DNA from: Bacteroidota bacterium
GTDB taxonomy: Bacteria > Bacteroidota > Ignavibacteria > Kapaibacteriales > UBA961
Assembly (NCBI GenBank): GCA_052035765.1
Contig: JBPOHH010000777.1
Coordinates: forward strand, 1 to 39,105
Length of the DNA: 39,105 nucleotides
Direction: 5' to 3'
Each line of letters starts with the position of its first letter. Position 1 is the stretch's first letter. Positions 18,301 to 25,671 of this stretch are shown in pieces. The translations under genes were made by a program, and so were the position numbers. The notes beneath the pieces were generated by a model that was not told the origin of the DNA, did no database searches, and saw nothing but the letters and a program-made list of their open reading frames with translations.

Positions 18301-19503
18301 ATCCACTAATTGGCGACGTGAATCCGAATTAGAAACCGCCGGCTCCGCAACAGCTCTATCCAACTCACTCAATGATATTACATTCTGATCTATCGTACTA
18401 CCATCACTTTCGGTCAATGCAGGATTTTTATCTTGAAACACTTGTCTAGATATGTTCAAACCAGTAGTATCTGGATACACCCCTGCTCCTCGTGGAGCTT
18501 GCAACAGCTGCAATGCACCAGCACGGTATCTTGCAATATTATTCGTGAACGTACAGTTCAACAACCATGTTCTTTCAGAAAAACTTGTTAATGCTCCACC
18601 AGCTCCATTGGTCAACTTATTCATCTCATCATTCAATTGAAGAATTGAAGACTGTGCTGCCAACGCCACACCGGCTGTATCATACAAAAACTTCTTATCA
18701 ACTGTAGTGTCTTTTCTGAAATCCTTAAAATCTACGTCTCTAAAGAATGCGGCTCTCGCTCCCGGCATCACTATAATATGCCCCCATTCACGAGAATAAT
18801 CGTTGATTGGCTGACCTCTAAAGACAATTCTTCTCGTGGCATTGTTTACTGGAATATTTGGTGTAACACCAAACAACCTTCTCCAAGGCTGGAAACGAAT
18901 AATGTCATCTGTAGACCACAATCTTGCCGAAGAAAACATAATCGCTCTCATTGGCGAAATCACTATCTTACCTGTTGACGGAACAGGCAAACTTGCACCA
19001 CTTTGCAAGTTTTCCAATCTTTTTGTAACAGTATCAAGCACTACATTGAAAATGTAATTGTATTTCCCGTAGTTACTCGGACTGCTAAAGTTACCAGGAT
19101 AACTTAGTGTACCCTGAATTGTAGCTTCGTTATAATTAGTTTCCTGCACTACTGATGAACTGAGAAAATATCTCATATCATTATACTCCAGCAAACCAAT
19201 CGAAGTTGGCGATGTACCGTTATAAGCAGCACTCAGCCGACTATCAGCTATAATGCGACCGCCCACGGAATCAATCAACCGACCATTATCGAAGAAAATG
19301 ACCTCTGTCCCCGGCTCAATGATCAGTGTCCCAGCTACAGTGTATGTACCACTTATTTGATACACACTATCCTGTAAAAATATCCGCACCTCATTAGGGG
19401 CTATTCGTCCTGCAACCTGCACACGAGGTTTTTGCGCAAACCCCGTACTTATACATAGGGCGAACGCAATGATTAGAGTGCTTAAACGAAACCAACGTTG
19501 CAT
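12340..19503 (-). CDS. giant secreted beta-helix adhesin-like protein (2387 aa): Pmp-type repeats, cadherin-like/He_PIG-like Ig region, shared ELPPxPP module, T9SS CTD
   Basis: ATG start with GGAGG 4 nt upstream. The signal peptide is MQRWFRLSTLIIAFALCISTGFAQ. There are about 10 GGA(I/L/V/M) motifs alternating with FxxN motifs. KWLKINPVSGLLYGTPG (nt ~13713-13766) matches the 'putative Ig' / dystroglycan-type cadherin-like pattern. The CTD is SPNPFNNSTSVVMGVPTSSNVNVEVYDAMGAKVATLANNFYNAGRYELTWNAKSEQGTDLAAGVYFVKMTAGAFSTTQRLMLVK. Confidence 0.9.
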   Translation of the reverse strand: MQRWFRLSTLIIAFALCISTGFAQKPRVQVAGRIAPNEVRIFLQDSVYQISGTYTVAGTLIIEPGTEVIFFDNGRLIDSVGGRIIADSRLSAAYNGTSPTSIGLLEYNDMRYFLSSSVVQETNYNEATIQGTLSYPGNFSSPSNYGKYNYIFNVVLDTVTKRLENLQSGASLPVPSTGKIVISPMRAIMFSSARLWSTDDIIRFQPWRRLFGVTPNIPVNNATRRIVFRGQPINDYSREWGHIIVMPGARAAFFRDVDFKDFRKDTTVDKKFLYDTAGVALAAQSSILQLNDEMNKLTNGAGGALTSFSERTWLLNCTFTNNIARYRAGALQLLQAPRGAGVYPDTTGLNISRQVFQDKNPALTESDGSTIDQNVISLSELDRAVAEPAVSNSDSRRQLVDDARLAVYHGRVRQLTFDNNRALLSDVDTLRINGNRVVTDTNRVAVLRSRSWNNEAFGGAMLIAGRELDENRKIEIGLGVNDSIRTAAGPFGFVSFGSKDFITFTNNYALNRQSSPNSRGAKGGALYIGKYTSLVINGSFRNNFTETPYQINSNSEQYSLGGAVFHENTLGRLQLRGHPSLATEFLNNRAGSGGAVYCDGNSDPRPSPIIGGSDVTNPRIRDYGRRMSFENNTAIAHGGAIYTKRNLTVYGAGGFINDLPLAQAYGTGFSVRFANNSAGYTGGAIAVHLPSIEPPVPIEQRYIRLVRAEFKDNTVGQLAPSASLEIVKQVAGGGAIYSKNGDLNVIKGVEFNNNRAFNSNGGAIAMVHPRTSSRRFFISDADALTLLPNGTAIGYTSNDSLYDNRRKTVVAADVRSLTRFYNNVAEPNPDSRLQGSGTTQMSANSIDIKRFHPGFLRDVLGNGLRENGVGLGGAIFILDSITPQRRFRADSIFLNRVRIQNNTAYTGSAVYSDNYDLKIVLTRCLVTSNKSTSPVGRTQDVIGGPMVGSDNPASSDLAGATFYGEIIGPIPWTSFNIAANSIYDNDARFIIRLPDAPNSKSVLSGGTGIGFGGVDTLRGNYWGRTEGNVSTIIKTSQPVPSPNGGVQETFFIQGNGKTHMQFLRTGRTDDTQQGPFEQNGFPGYVYTAIQIGKIPDTLLMAGRIYDFFDKGTDMKTADYSFRRMSPIEDFAVGIPPKLQRYTNATKASNNKYVRRLTRDPFSTDSLNYATGQENVLWRQLRRLQTEFAPDYRTGELSHPIGYPLFLEARAKYQGEDIYQNNDDPTTPNSSTFFVINDSTGDYIRINMSQFTDMQTLNNDGVYPKEILRGRVDFVLDSVERTGTSARVRRTYEGLYNFGGTETLLPRLADSAFNEDISAFGGRRYELSMSPALNKRGVLYGNGQAVVYSNRPSMPASLASGNDTIVSYFAGERWNSLPVRPGDYVRVISRTVLWRDGVDTAIDKGLGFRIGTSTPPPVFTGNKIALENPKVSPQYFSSYKNKIYLSEDEKYNKAPNPNVRTRDSIFVITAIDSNLMYDPRWAMDIDAAGNIRQQDTIFKRYNQLELSWYPLYVGQFGDTIRDVNSNKLTALRRWIKADTLWPTRGVPNTRALNAPYYGARGVIELKGQPSNPYVVPGGEWMEVVAKNYAPTVRTVDALKGIALKPADSAFITDTLSKFIYLYPSYFHAQRYDDTLLSAPRNARFLNQDTLNFGLTDSSVYRFMIIVTDSFPVFSRIERPSANCQLGTQSLLVANVTDKLRFYVDINTDDEKEDSIAANNEGWDFKYGKTSYGFLSKSLRNVPGDTAIDELYQLRPNWMADRYMYVEGSDTTQDVFANDFTSRGVMNIRIPRAQALNLLKPGSVADQANGGLNTDTIITLVANDGHTGLSYLTRRVFVNISPTITTTTLENAKEDMDYNVDLLNRPRKIAYSDPNFGQAQNFRLLYANDPDTTIAKDPCFKEAGEWDVRDIKKTPKWLKINPVSGLLYGTPGVKDAPHTSALGNPDTVTVVLTDAGGLTDVKVLILNTDSTNHAPKLLAAPVVRCIGQGDTYLDTLLAQDLDLFREKPVWDNSSKFDPILETIKLTVISPAGTNLVIEPATITGTKSDTLQKVVIKSNGPLTINAADIKDGKVTIKVQITDDEITKILEYKLNVSEATDFIVPVTVANNDVRGAFQVLYFGTAKNATTGEKTGEIGKLDSNYCEYELPPVPPRDVFDARWTIALTNGIIRNIFPQAVPKDNNQAIYKARFQAGFLGGNGNSAYPVTITWDRSDVPSRTDATKNPSGASWWIADNISNGQFFKYNMNTGIGRNSATIVDYSATGSKSTVRVNKDDIDGFIITYDFTSDVEEQPVTGMPVSFELSEASPNPFNNSTSVVMGVPTSSNVNVEVYDAMGAKVATLANNFYNAGRYELTWNAKSEQGTDLAAGVYFVKMTAGAFSTTQRLMLVK
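16770..18610 (-). repeat. array of Pmp-type (GGAI / FxxN) parallel beta-helix repeats within the giant CDS
   Basis: GGA motifs: GGALTSF, GGAMLIAG, GGALYIGK, GGAVFHEN, GGAVYCDG, GGAIYTKR, GGAIAVHL, GGAIYSKN, GGAIAMVH, GGAIFILD. These are interleaved with FTNNIA, FDNNRA, FTNNYA, FRNNFT, FLNNRA, FENNTA, FANNSA, FKDNTV, FNNNRA, FYNNVA and IQNNTA. Confidence 0.75.
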
Positions 19504-19592
19504 AATACCTCCGTTTGGATGAATAAAATTGTAATAATTTAACTTTATATTTTTAACTTTTTATATCTATTGTAAGGACTAAACGGAGGACA

Positions 19593-20318
19593 CTACTCAA
19601 CAATCATGCCAAGTCTCGTGAGTCCGCTCTTCGACTCTCCAATGTATTCCATTGATTCTCCGCGAAGAATTTCCCTGAAAAACTTCTCGGCCTTCTCTTT
19701 ATTTCCAGCCTTTTCATAGTTTAACGCTGCATACAATTTGTACTTGTCCTTCATTGTAGTTTGTAGGGTCTGCTGTGCTGCTTTATCATAGTAATCACCA
19801 GCATTTAAGTGGTCTTTTTGCTCTTCTTTGCAAATTGCCAACCCAATTAATGCTCCAACAGCAACCTCTACCGATGCACTTCCTTGCGCTTTCTCGAAGT
19901 ACCCCGCCGCTTCAGCATGCTTTTTTAGTGAGATCAGCGAGTTACCTGCATACAATGCAGCTACTTTACCATTTTCAGTACTACCATATTGCTCTACAAT
20001 TCCTTGTAGTCCTATTAAGGGGGTATCGCGTATTATCTTTGTTGCATCGCCACTTAGCGCTTTTGCGTACTCACCGCTTTCATACATTGTACGTACTCTT
20101 GCTAATGCTGCTGATGCTTCTTTCTCTTTCTCGTTTTTCGATTTGTTGTAAAAAACGACAGCAATAATGGCAACTACGACAATTCCGAGTAGACCCAATC
20201 CTACCTTTAGTTTATTTTTTAAATCTGTGGTCGATACAAGAGTAGTCGCCAGCTCTTTTTCTTGATAACCGCCAACTATTTCGTTGTCTGTATTGCTCAT
20301 TTCATCTTGGATAGCCAT
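19593..20318 (-). CDS. YfgM-like single-pass membrane protein with TPR-like periplasmic domain
   Basis: ATG start. It has an acidic N-terminus, one TM helix (LGLLGIVVVAIIAVVFY) and then helical A/Y/G-rich TPR-like repeats (YESGEYAKAL, AALYAGNSLISLKKHAEAAGYFEKA, AGDYYDKAA, LYAALNYEKAGNKEKAEKFF). Confidence 0.6.
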   Translation of the reverse strand: MAIQDEMSNTDNEIVGGYQEKELATTLVSTTDLKNKLKVGLGLLGIVVVAIIAVVFYNKSKNEKEKEASAALARVRTMYESGEYAKALSGDATKIIRDTPLIGLQGIVEQYGSTENGKVAALYAGNSLISLKKHAEAAGYFEKAQGSASVEVAVGALIGLAICKEEQKDHLNAGDYYDKAAQQTLQTTMKDKYKLYAALNYEKAGNKEKAEKFFREILRGESMEYIGESKSGLTRLGMIVE

Positions 20319-20381
20319 TTTATATTCTCGTTGTTTTATTATTCTGATTTGTTAACTTCTTTATATACAAAGCACTATATG

Positions 20382-20455
20382 TACGCCTGAAGGGAGTCGA
20401 ACCCCCAACCTTTGGAACCGGAATCCAACGCTCTATCCGGTTGAGCTACAGGCGC
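20382..20455 (-). tRNA. tRNA-Arg (anticodon CCG)
   Basis: The reverse complement is GCGCCTG-TA-GCTC-AACCGGATA-GAGC-G-TTGGA-TTCCGGT-TCCAA-AGGTT-GGGGG-TTCGACT-CCCTT-CAGGCGT-A. It folds as a cloverleaf with U33, anticodon CCG, a TTCGA T-loop and discriminator A. CCA is not encoded. There are G1-U72 and two G-U pairs at the base of the T-stem. Confidence 0.85.
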
Positions 20456-20645
20456 ATTAAGCCGACACATTCCGCATATTCACGCAAATATAGTATTCCT
20501 ACGCCAAAATACCAATGAAAACTTTTATTCATTGATATTTCCACATAATATATCTACGAACTACGACTTTTTTCTTCGTGCCACGTTTTGCACACTGTCA
20601 GATAATTTTCACACTCCTGTTTTCCACACCGAGCTTGTTAATTTT

Positions 20646-22784
20646 TTAATACTTCAACACCTTTTTTACGCTCTCAATGATATCGTTTTGGTTGAGTAAA
20701 ATTGCACTTTCTAATGATTTTGCAAATCCTACCGGTGTATCTTTCGAGCAAACCCGACCAACGGGCGCATCTAAATATTTAAACATTTCATCACTAATCG
20801 TTGCTGCAATTTCACCCCCAAGGCCGCCTGTTTTATAATGTTCATGAGCTACGACCACTCGACCTGTTTTTTCAACAGATTTAAAGACTGTTTTATGGTC
20901 CCATGGGGCAAGTGACCTCAAATCAATCACCTCACATGATACACCTTCTTTTGCCAATTCTTCAGCAGCACGCAAAGAAATGTGTATAGCATTTCCGTAA
21001 CTAACGAGTGTAACATCTGTCCCTGATCTGCGGATTTTTGCCTTCCCAAACGGAATAATAAAATCTTCCCCGGGTTCTGATGCTGATGTAGGCCTGTAAT
21101 TATAAAGGAATTTAGGTTCAAGGTACATTGTAACCCCTTTTGATCTGATTGCATTTCTCATCAACCCAATCGCATCATCAGCAAATGCAGGGCACACCAC
21201 TCTTACACCCGGTATATGAGAGAAGACCGCATCTAAATTCTGAGAGTGATATAATCCACCTTGTATGTACCCTCCACTTGCCAGTCGTATAACAATGTTT
21301 GGCGAGAATTGCCCTTTAGTTCTCCAATAATCGTGCGAGCACTCAATGAACTGTTCCATTGCCGGCCAAAAATAATCAGCAAACTCAGCACCCTCAATAA
21401 CCACTCTAATATCATCACGATAACGTGAAAAACCGTTTGCCGATCCCACAATATAATCTTCGGCAATAGGAGCATTGAAAATTCTGTCGTTCCCAAATTC
21501 ATCAAGTAATCCCTTGGGTACATTGAATATTCCCTGCTTCTTAACAGAGGCTACGTCTTGTCCCCATAAAAATGTATTTGGATTACGCTTGAATTCTTGC
21601 ACCATCGCTAAGTTTATGCCTTCACGAAAGGTCAGTTGGGGTGCACTTGGATCATTGACGTAACGAGACTCTGTATCATCGTCGTAGCCAACAACTGATT
21701 CTGGTATGAGATAGGTTGTATATGACTCAGGGGAAGGATCTGGCGATGGTTCTACCTTGTCTGCTGCTTCAAATATGAGTCGCTGATTTTGTGCTTCTAG
21801 TTCTTGGATTTGTTCTTCGGTCAGTAGTTTTTTCTCAAGTAGTACTTCTCTAAATCGTGCCAGAGGATCTCTTGTTTTCATTTCTTCTATAACCTCTTTC
21901 GAACGATATAGTTCATGATTATCAGAGTTTGAATGGGAGCCTATTCTATCACAATCAGCATGTACCATGGCTGCACCTTCACCACTGAGTATATACTCAC
22001 GTGCCTGAGCCAAGGCGCGGAACGAATCAAATGGATCACGGCCATCACAATTGATAATCTTTAAATTCTTAAATCCTGTAAAATTATCAGAAATCTGAGT
22101 ATTCGCAGTCTGCTCTTCCACCGGCACTGAAATACCATATTTATTATTCTGAATCACAAATATAACCGGTAATTTTTCGCGAGAAGCTCCATTGACTGCT
22201 TCATAAAAATATCCTTCGGAACATGCCGATTCTCCTCCGGAGTATATCGCAATTTCATCCCCTTTGTACTTCTTAATAGCGCGTGCAGTCCCAGCTGCAT
22301 GCTGACTATGGTTACCTGTACAAGAGGAGCCGTTTTGAATCCGTACAGACGGCTTAGCAAAGTGATTGCTCATGTGACGACCTCCGCCTGCTACATCTGC
22401 ATCTTTACTTAATCCATTAAGGATAATCTCTTCTACGGTGAGTCCGGCAGAAAGACAGGTCATTAAATCCCTGTAATACGGAAAGAGAAAATCTTTTCCT
22501 GATCGAAATATCTGACCAACCGCTAGCTGTATACCATCATGCCCGGCAAATGGAGCATGGTATGACCATCCTTTTGCCATCTTGAGATATAACGCAGCCT
22601 TTTCATCGAGCCGTCTTCCTAAGTGCATAAGTTTATACCATGCTACAATAGTATCATTATCGAATCCGGACGTGTCGAATTTACTGTATGGGGCCTTTTT
22701 CGAATCATGTGCTGGTACCTTGCTTTTCGATATTGTCTTGTTTGACTGGTTGTTTTTGGGTTGTTTTTGTATCTTCGCTGGCAT
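20646..22784 (-). CDS. 2-oxoacid (branched-chain alpha-keto acid type) dehydrogenase E1 component, fused alpha/beta subunits, ThDP-dependent
   Basis: 712 aa. The N-terminal half is E1-alpha-like (GHDGIQLAVG, GGGRHMSNHF, IAIYSGGESACSEGYFYEAVNGAS...VIFVIQNNKYGISV). The C-terminal half is E1-beta/transketolase-like (GQDV...GIFNV...GNDRIFNAPIAEDYIVGSANG, EPKFLY, transketolase C-terminal region). Confidence 0.85.
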   Translation of the reverse strand: MPAKIQKQPKNNQSNKTISKSKVPAHDSKKAPYSKFDTSGFDNDTIVAWYKLMHLGRRLDEKAALYLKMAKGWSYHAPFAGHDGIQLAVGQIFRSGKDFLFPYYRDLMTCLSAGLTVEEIILNGLSKDADVAGGGRHMSNHFAKPSVRIQNGSSCTGNHSQHAAGTARAIKKYKGDEIAIYSGGESACSEGYFYEAVNGASREKLPVIFVIQNNKYGISVPVEEQTANTQISDNFTGFKNLKIINCDGRDPFDSFRALAQAREYILSGEGAAMVHADCDRIGSHSNSDNHELYRSKEVIEEMKTRDPLARFREVLLEKKLLTEEQIQELEAQNQRLIFEAADKVEPSPDPSPESYTTYLIPESVVGYDDDTESRYVNDPSAPQLTFREGINLAMVQEFKRNPNTFLWGQDVASVKKQGIFNVPKGLLDEFGNDRIFNAPIAEDYIVGSANGFSRYRDDIRVVIEGAEFADYFWPAMEQFIECSHDYWRTKGQFSPNIVIRLASGGYIQGGLYHSQNLDAVFSHIPGVRVVCPAFADDAIGLMRNAIRSKGVTMYLEPKFLYNYRPTSASEPGEDFIIPFGKAKIRRSGTDVTLVSYGNAIHISLRAAEELAKEGVSCEVIDLRSLAPWDHKTVFKSVEKTGRVVVAHEHYKTGGLGGEIAATISDEMFKYLDAPVGRVCSKDTPVGFAKSLESAILLNQNDIIESVKKVLKY

Positions 22785-22826
22785 ACTATCTACTCGATGA
22801 ATATATATATTAAATTGGTTACTTAT

Positions 22827-23771
22827 TTACTTTGTTTTCTTGGGTTTTGTATTTTCCACAAATGTCAACCAGCCATGAGGATCAACGGCATTCTCAACCA
22901 CATCAAAAAACACACGCTGGATTTGTCTGGTTATTTCACCTACTTTGCCATCTTTAACTTTTATTGTATCTACTGATCGGACTGGCGTCACCTCCACGGC
23001 GGTCCCACTGAAAAATATTTCGTCTGCGGTGTAGAGCATCGACCGAGGTATGGTAGTCTCTACCATACTAATACCAAGATCTTTTGCAATTTGAACAACA
23101 GAAGCTCTCGTAATACCTTGTAATATCGAAGAGCTAAGCGGCGGTGTGTAAATCGTTCCGTCTTGAACAAAAAAGATATTCTCTCCACTTCCTTCACTTA
23201 CGTTCCCATGTGAATCCAATCCAATACCTTCCGCATATCCGTGTTGTAATGCTTCCATTCTGACAAGTTGAGAATTTAAATAATTTCCACCTGCTTTTGA
23301 AGAAGCCGGCATCGAATTGTTTGATAATCGACTCCAAGAAGATACACACACATCAACACCTTGATCCAACGCCTCTTTTCCTAAATACTTACCCCATTGC
23401 CAGGTACCGATCGCAGCTTCAAGAGGACATGTTAGCGGATAGACACCAAGCTCACCATACCCTCGGTAGACCACCGGGCGGATATAACAAGATTGAAGTT
23501 TGTTTTTACGAACAAGATCTACTGTCGCTTTGCACATATCTTCCTGTGAATACGGCATTTCACCGCGGTAGATTTTTACAGACATAGCGAGGCGGTGAAT
23601 GTGCTCAGGCAAGCGGAATATAGCGGTTCCCTTTTTTGTGTTATACGCTCTCAATCCTTCGAACCAACTTGACCCATAATGAACTACATGTGACAGGACA
23701 TGTATTTTTGCATCATCCCACTTCACAAATTTTCCGTTCATCCATATAAATTCAGTCTTTGGCAATGGCAT
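22827..23771 (-). CDS. ilvE: branched-chain amino acid aminotransferase (PLP fold type IV)
   Basis: 314 aa. Motifs: IWMNGKFVKWDDAKIHVLSHVVHYGSSWFEGLRAY, SSKAGGNYLNSQL, GSGENIFFV, LQGITR, DEIFFSGTAVEVTPV. Confidence 0.9.
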   Translation of the reverse strand: MPLPKTEFIWMNGKFVKWDDAKIHVLSHVVHYGSSWFEGLRAYNTKKGTAIFRLPEHIHRLAMSVKIYRGEMPYSQEDMCKATVDLVRKNKLQSCYIRPVVYRGYGELGVYPLTCPLEAAIGTWQWGKYLGKEALDQGVDVCVSSWSRLSNNSMPASSKAGGNYLNSQLVRMEALQHGYAEGIGLDSHGNVSEGSGENIFFVQDGTIYTPPLSSSILQGITRASVVQIAKDLGISMVETTIPRSMLYTADEIFFSGTAVEVTPVRSVDTIKVKDGKVGEITRQIQRVFFDVVENAVDPHGWLTFVENTKPKKTK

Positions 23772-23926
23772 TGTGTACTCCTACTGATAAAATAATACCT
23801 ACGCATTATTTTAGGCGCTTCCTGCTTCCCCCGTGCCGATCCGCCAAAAAATGTATGCAATTTAATGTCAAACTCTTTCGAATTACCTCCAAATTACCAC
23901 TAAACTTCGAACAAGAAAAGCTAAAA

Positions 23927-25384
23927 TTATTTCACAACTTTTTCAAGCTCCCGTTTGAGAATCTCGGTCACAATCTTGGGATTCGCCTTTCCTGCTGTTT
24001 TTTTCAACACTTGACTTACAAAAAAACCAAATAGATTATTTTTACCCGATCGGTATTTCTCCACATTTTCTGGATTTTCCTGCAAGACCTCATCTATCGT
24101 CGATTCGATTAGACTTCTATCCGAAACCTGAGCAAGTCCCTTCTCCTCTACAATTGCCTTGGGAGATTTATTGCTGCTCAGCATCTCTGCATATATTTCT
24201 TTTGCAATTTTACTACTGATGGCTTCCGAGCCTACTAAATCCACAATTTCAGCAATAAACACCGGCGGTATATCAAATTCGTGGGCCATTATTTTTTTCT
24301 CGGAAAGTAATCTCATGACCTCGGTCATAATCCAATTACTTACAAGCTTATATCGTTCATTAGACTTCTCGGTAATATGAGATATCGCTTTTTCAAAATA
24401 ATCCCCTAAGCTTTTGTCTTCGATTAGTATCCCAGCATCATATTTAGGCAGACCAAATTCGCGGATGAAGCGCTCTTTACGTGCCTGTGGCAGCTCCGGT
24501 AGTTGGTTCTCTACCTCACGTAACCAGTCTTCTGTAATAGCGACTCCTACTAAATCTGGCTCAGGGAAATACCGGTAATCATGAGCTCTTTCCTTTGTCC
24601 GCATTACTTTTGTCTCATGAATAGCAGCATCCCAAAGCATCGTCTGCTGCACGACTGCTCCTCCCGATTCGATAAGCTCAATTTGCCGTTCTATCTCATA
24701 ACCGATTGCTCTTTCTACATTACGAAAACTATTCAGGTTCTTTACTTCTGTTCTTGTCCCAAACTTCTCGGCACCACGTTTACGAACTGAAATATTCGCA
24801 TCGCACCGGAGTGATCCTTCTTCCAAATTTCCATCACAGACACCTAAATACATTACTATTTGCCTTATTTGCATTAAGTATTGATATGCTTCCTGTGCGG
24901 ATCTGATATCAGGCTCGCTGACGATTTCCAGGAGTGGCACACCGCTTCGATTGAGGTCAACAAGTGTATCAATATCAACATCATGGATCGATTTCCCAGC
25001 ATCTTCCTCCATGTGAATTCTTGTAATTCCAATTCTTTTTTTACTCTCCCCTATTTCAATTTCAATTTCCCCGTCATAGCAGATTGGATCCTCATATTGA
25101 GATATCTGATACCCCTTCGGCAAATCAGGATAGAAGTAATTTTTTCTGGAAAAAATCGAATATGGCCTTACTCTGCAACCCATTGATTTCCCAAGTAAAA
25201 TAGCGTATTCTACTACGTTTTTATTCAGTACAGGGAGTGCTCCCGGATGGCCTAAGCACACAGGGCATGTATTAAGATTTGGCGTAGATCCAAATTCTGT
25301 GGTGCACCCGCAGAATGCTTTTGTTTTTGTTTTCAGCTGTACGTGAACTTCTAATCCAATTACTGCTTCGTATTCACTTTTCAT
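23927..25384 (-). CDS. gatB: Asp-tRNA(Asn)/Glu-tRNA(Gln) amidotransferase subunit B
   Basis: 485 aa. Motifs: YEAVIGLEVHVQLKTKTKAFCGC, NLNTCPVCLGHPGALPVLN, FSRKNYFYPDLPKGYQISQ, RIHMEEDAGK, LRCDANISVR, YFPEPDL, plus the C-terminal GatB/YqeY tail. Confidence 0.95.
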   Translation of the reverse strand: MKSEYEAVIGLEVHVQLKTKTKAFCGCTTEFGSTPNLNTCPVCLGHPGALPVLNKNVVEYAILLGKSMGCRVRPYSIFSRKNYFYPDLPKGYQISQYEDPICYDGEIEIEIGESKKRIGITRIHMEEDAGKSIHDVDIDTLVDLNRSGVPLLEIVSEPDIRSAQEAYQYLMQIRQIVMYLGVCDGNLEEGSLRCDANISVRKRGAEKFGTRTEVKNLNSFRNVERAIGYEIERQIELIESGGAVVQQTMLWDAAIHETKVMRTKERAHDYRYFPEPDLVGVAITEDWLREVENQLPELPQARKERFIREFGLPKYDAGILIEDKSLGDYFEKAISHITEKSNERYKLVSNWIMTEVMRLLSEKKIMAHEFDIPPVFIAEIVDLVGSEAISSKIAKEIYAEMLSSNKSPKAIVEEKGLAQVSDRSLIESTIDEVLQENPENVEKYRSGKNNLFGFFVSQVLKKTAGKANPKIVTEILKRELEKVVK

Positions 25385-25671
25385 GTGGTAGTACTATCGT
25401 ATGTTTTAACCTTAACTTCGTGCAAATTTAACAAAATCCTTCCACCTAATTTTCTCTTGTATCCTTGACGCATCTTTTCGAGCACCCTATTTTTATTTTT
25501 TATCTGTCTAACAATTTGCTTAATGCGTTATTACAATGTATTTTTGCGCAAAATTCTTGCACCAGACCGATTTTTCCGGCCAATCCTTATTATTTTAATT
25601 TATGTGCCGCTTATCGGACTCGGCTCAACCGAAAATGTTTGTTTTTTTATTAATTTTAAAGAGGTTTACTT

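Noticed and set aside
12816-19057. Many 60-122-aa ORFs on either strand inside the giant gene (for example 14849..15208, 16087..16455 and 17200..17475).
   Set aside because: These are shadow ORFs in alternative frames of a continuous 7.2-kb reading frame that has coherent domain content. They have no independent start signals or recognisable motifs. The same applies to the antisense ORFs inside the oxidoreductase, E1, gatB, mnmG, TPR, anmK and dapB genes.
4191-19503. The secreted-protein block interpreted as a polysaccharide utilisation locus, a polymorphic toxin/Rhs locus or a mobile island.
   Set aside because: There is no SusC/SusD pair and no glycoside hydrolase motifs. I saw no YD/Rhs repeats and no toxin-immunity pairs. 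There are no integrase, transposase or flanking direct repeats. The nearby tRNA-Arg lacks a duplicated 3' half within the window.
20537-20628. DnaA-box-like 9-mers ATTTCCACA (20537-45) and TTTTCCACA (20620-28) between the E1 gene and the tRNA.
   Set aside because: There are only two, about 80 bp apart. One has 2 mismatches and the other has 1. That is consistent with the chance expectation for an AT-rich sequence, and there is no accompanying cluster.
25385-25671. The 287-bp divergent spacer between gatB and the DUF2795 gene. It includes a 62-aa ORF (25465..25653) and a TTTTGCGCAAAA palindrome (~25543-25554).
   Set aside because: The ORF has no RBS and has low-complexity, AT-driven composition. 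A 12-bp AT-rich palindrome is within chance expectation. The region is most simply a pair of divergent promoters.
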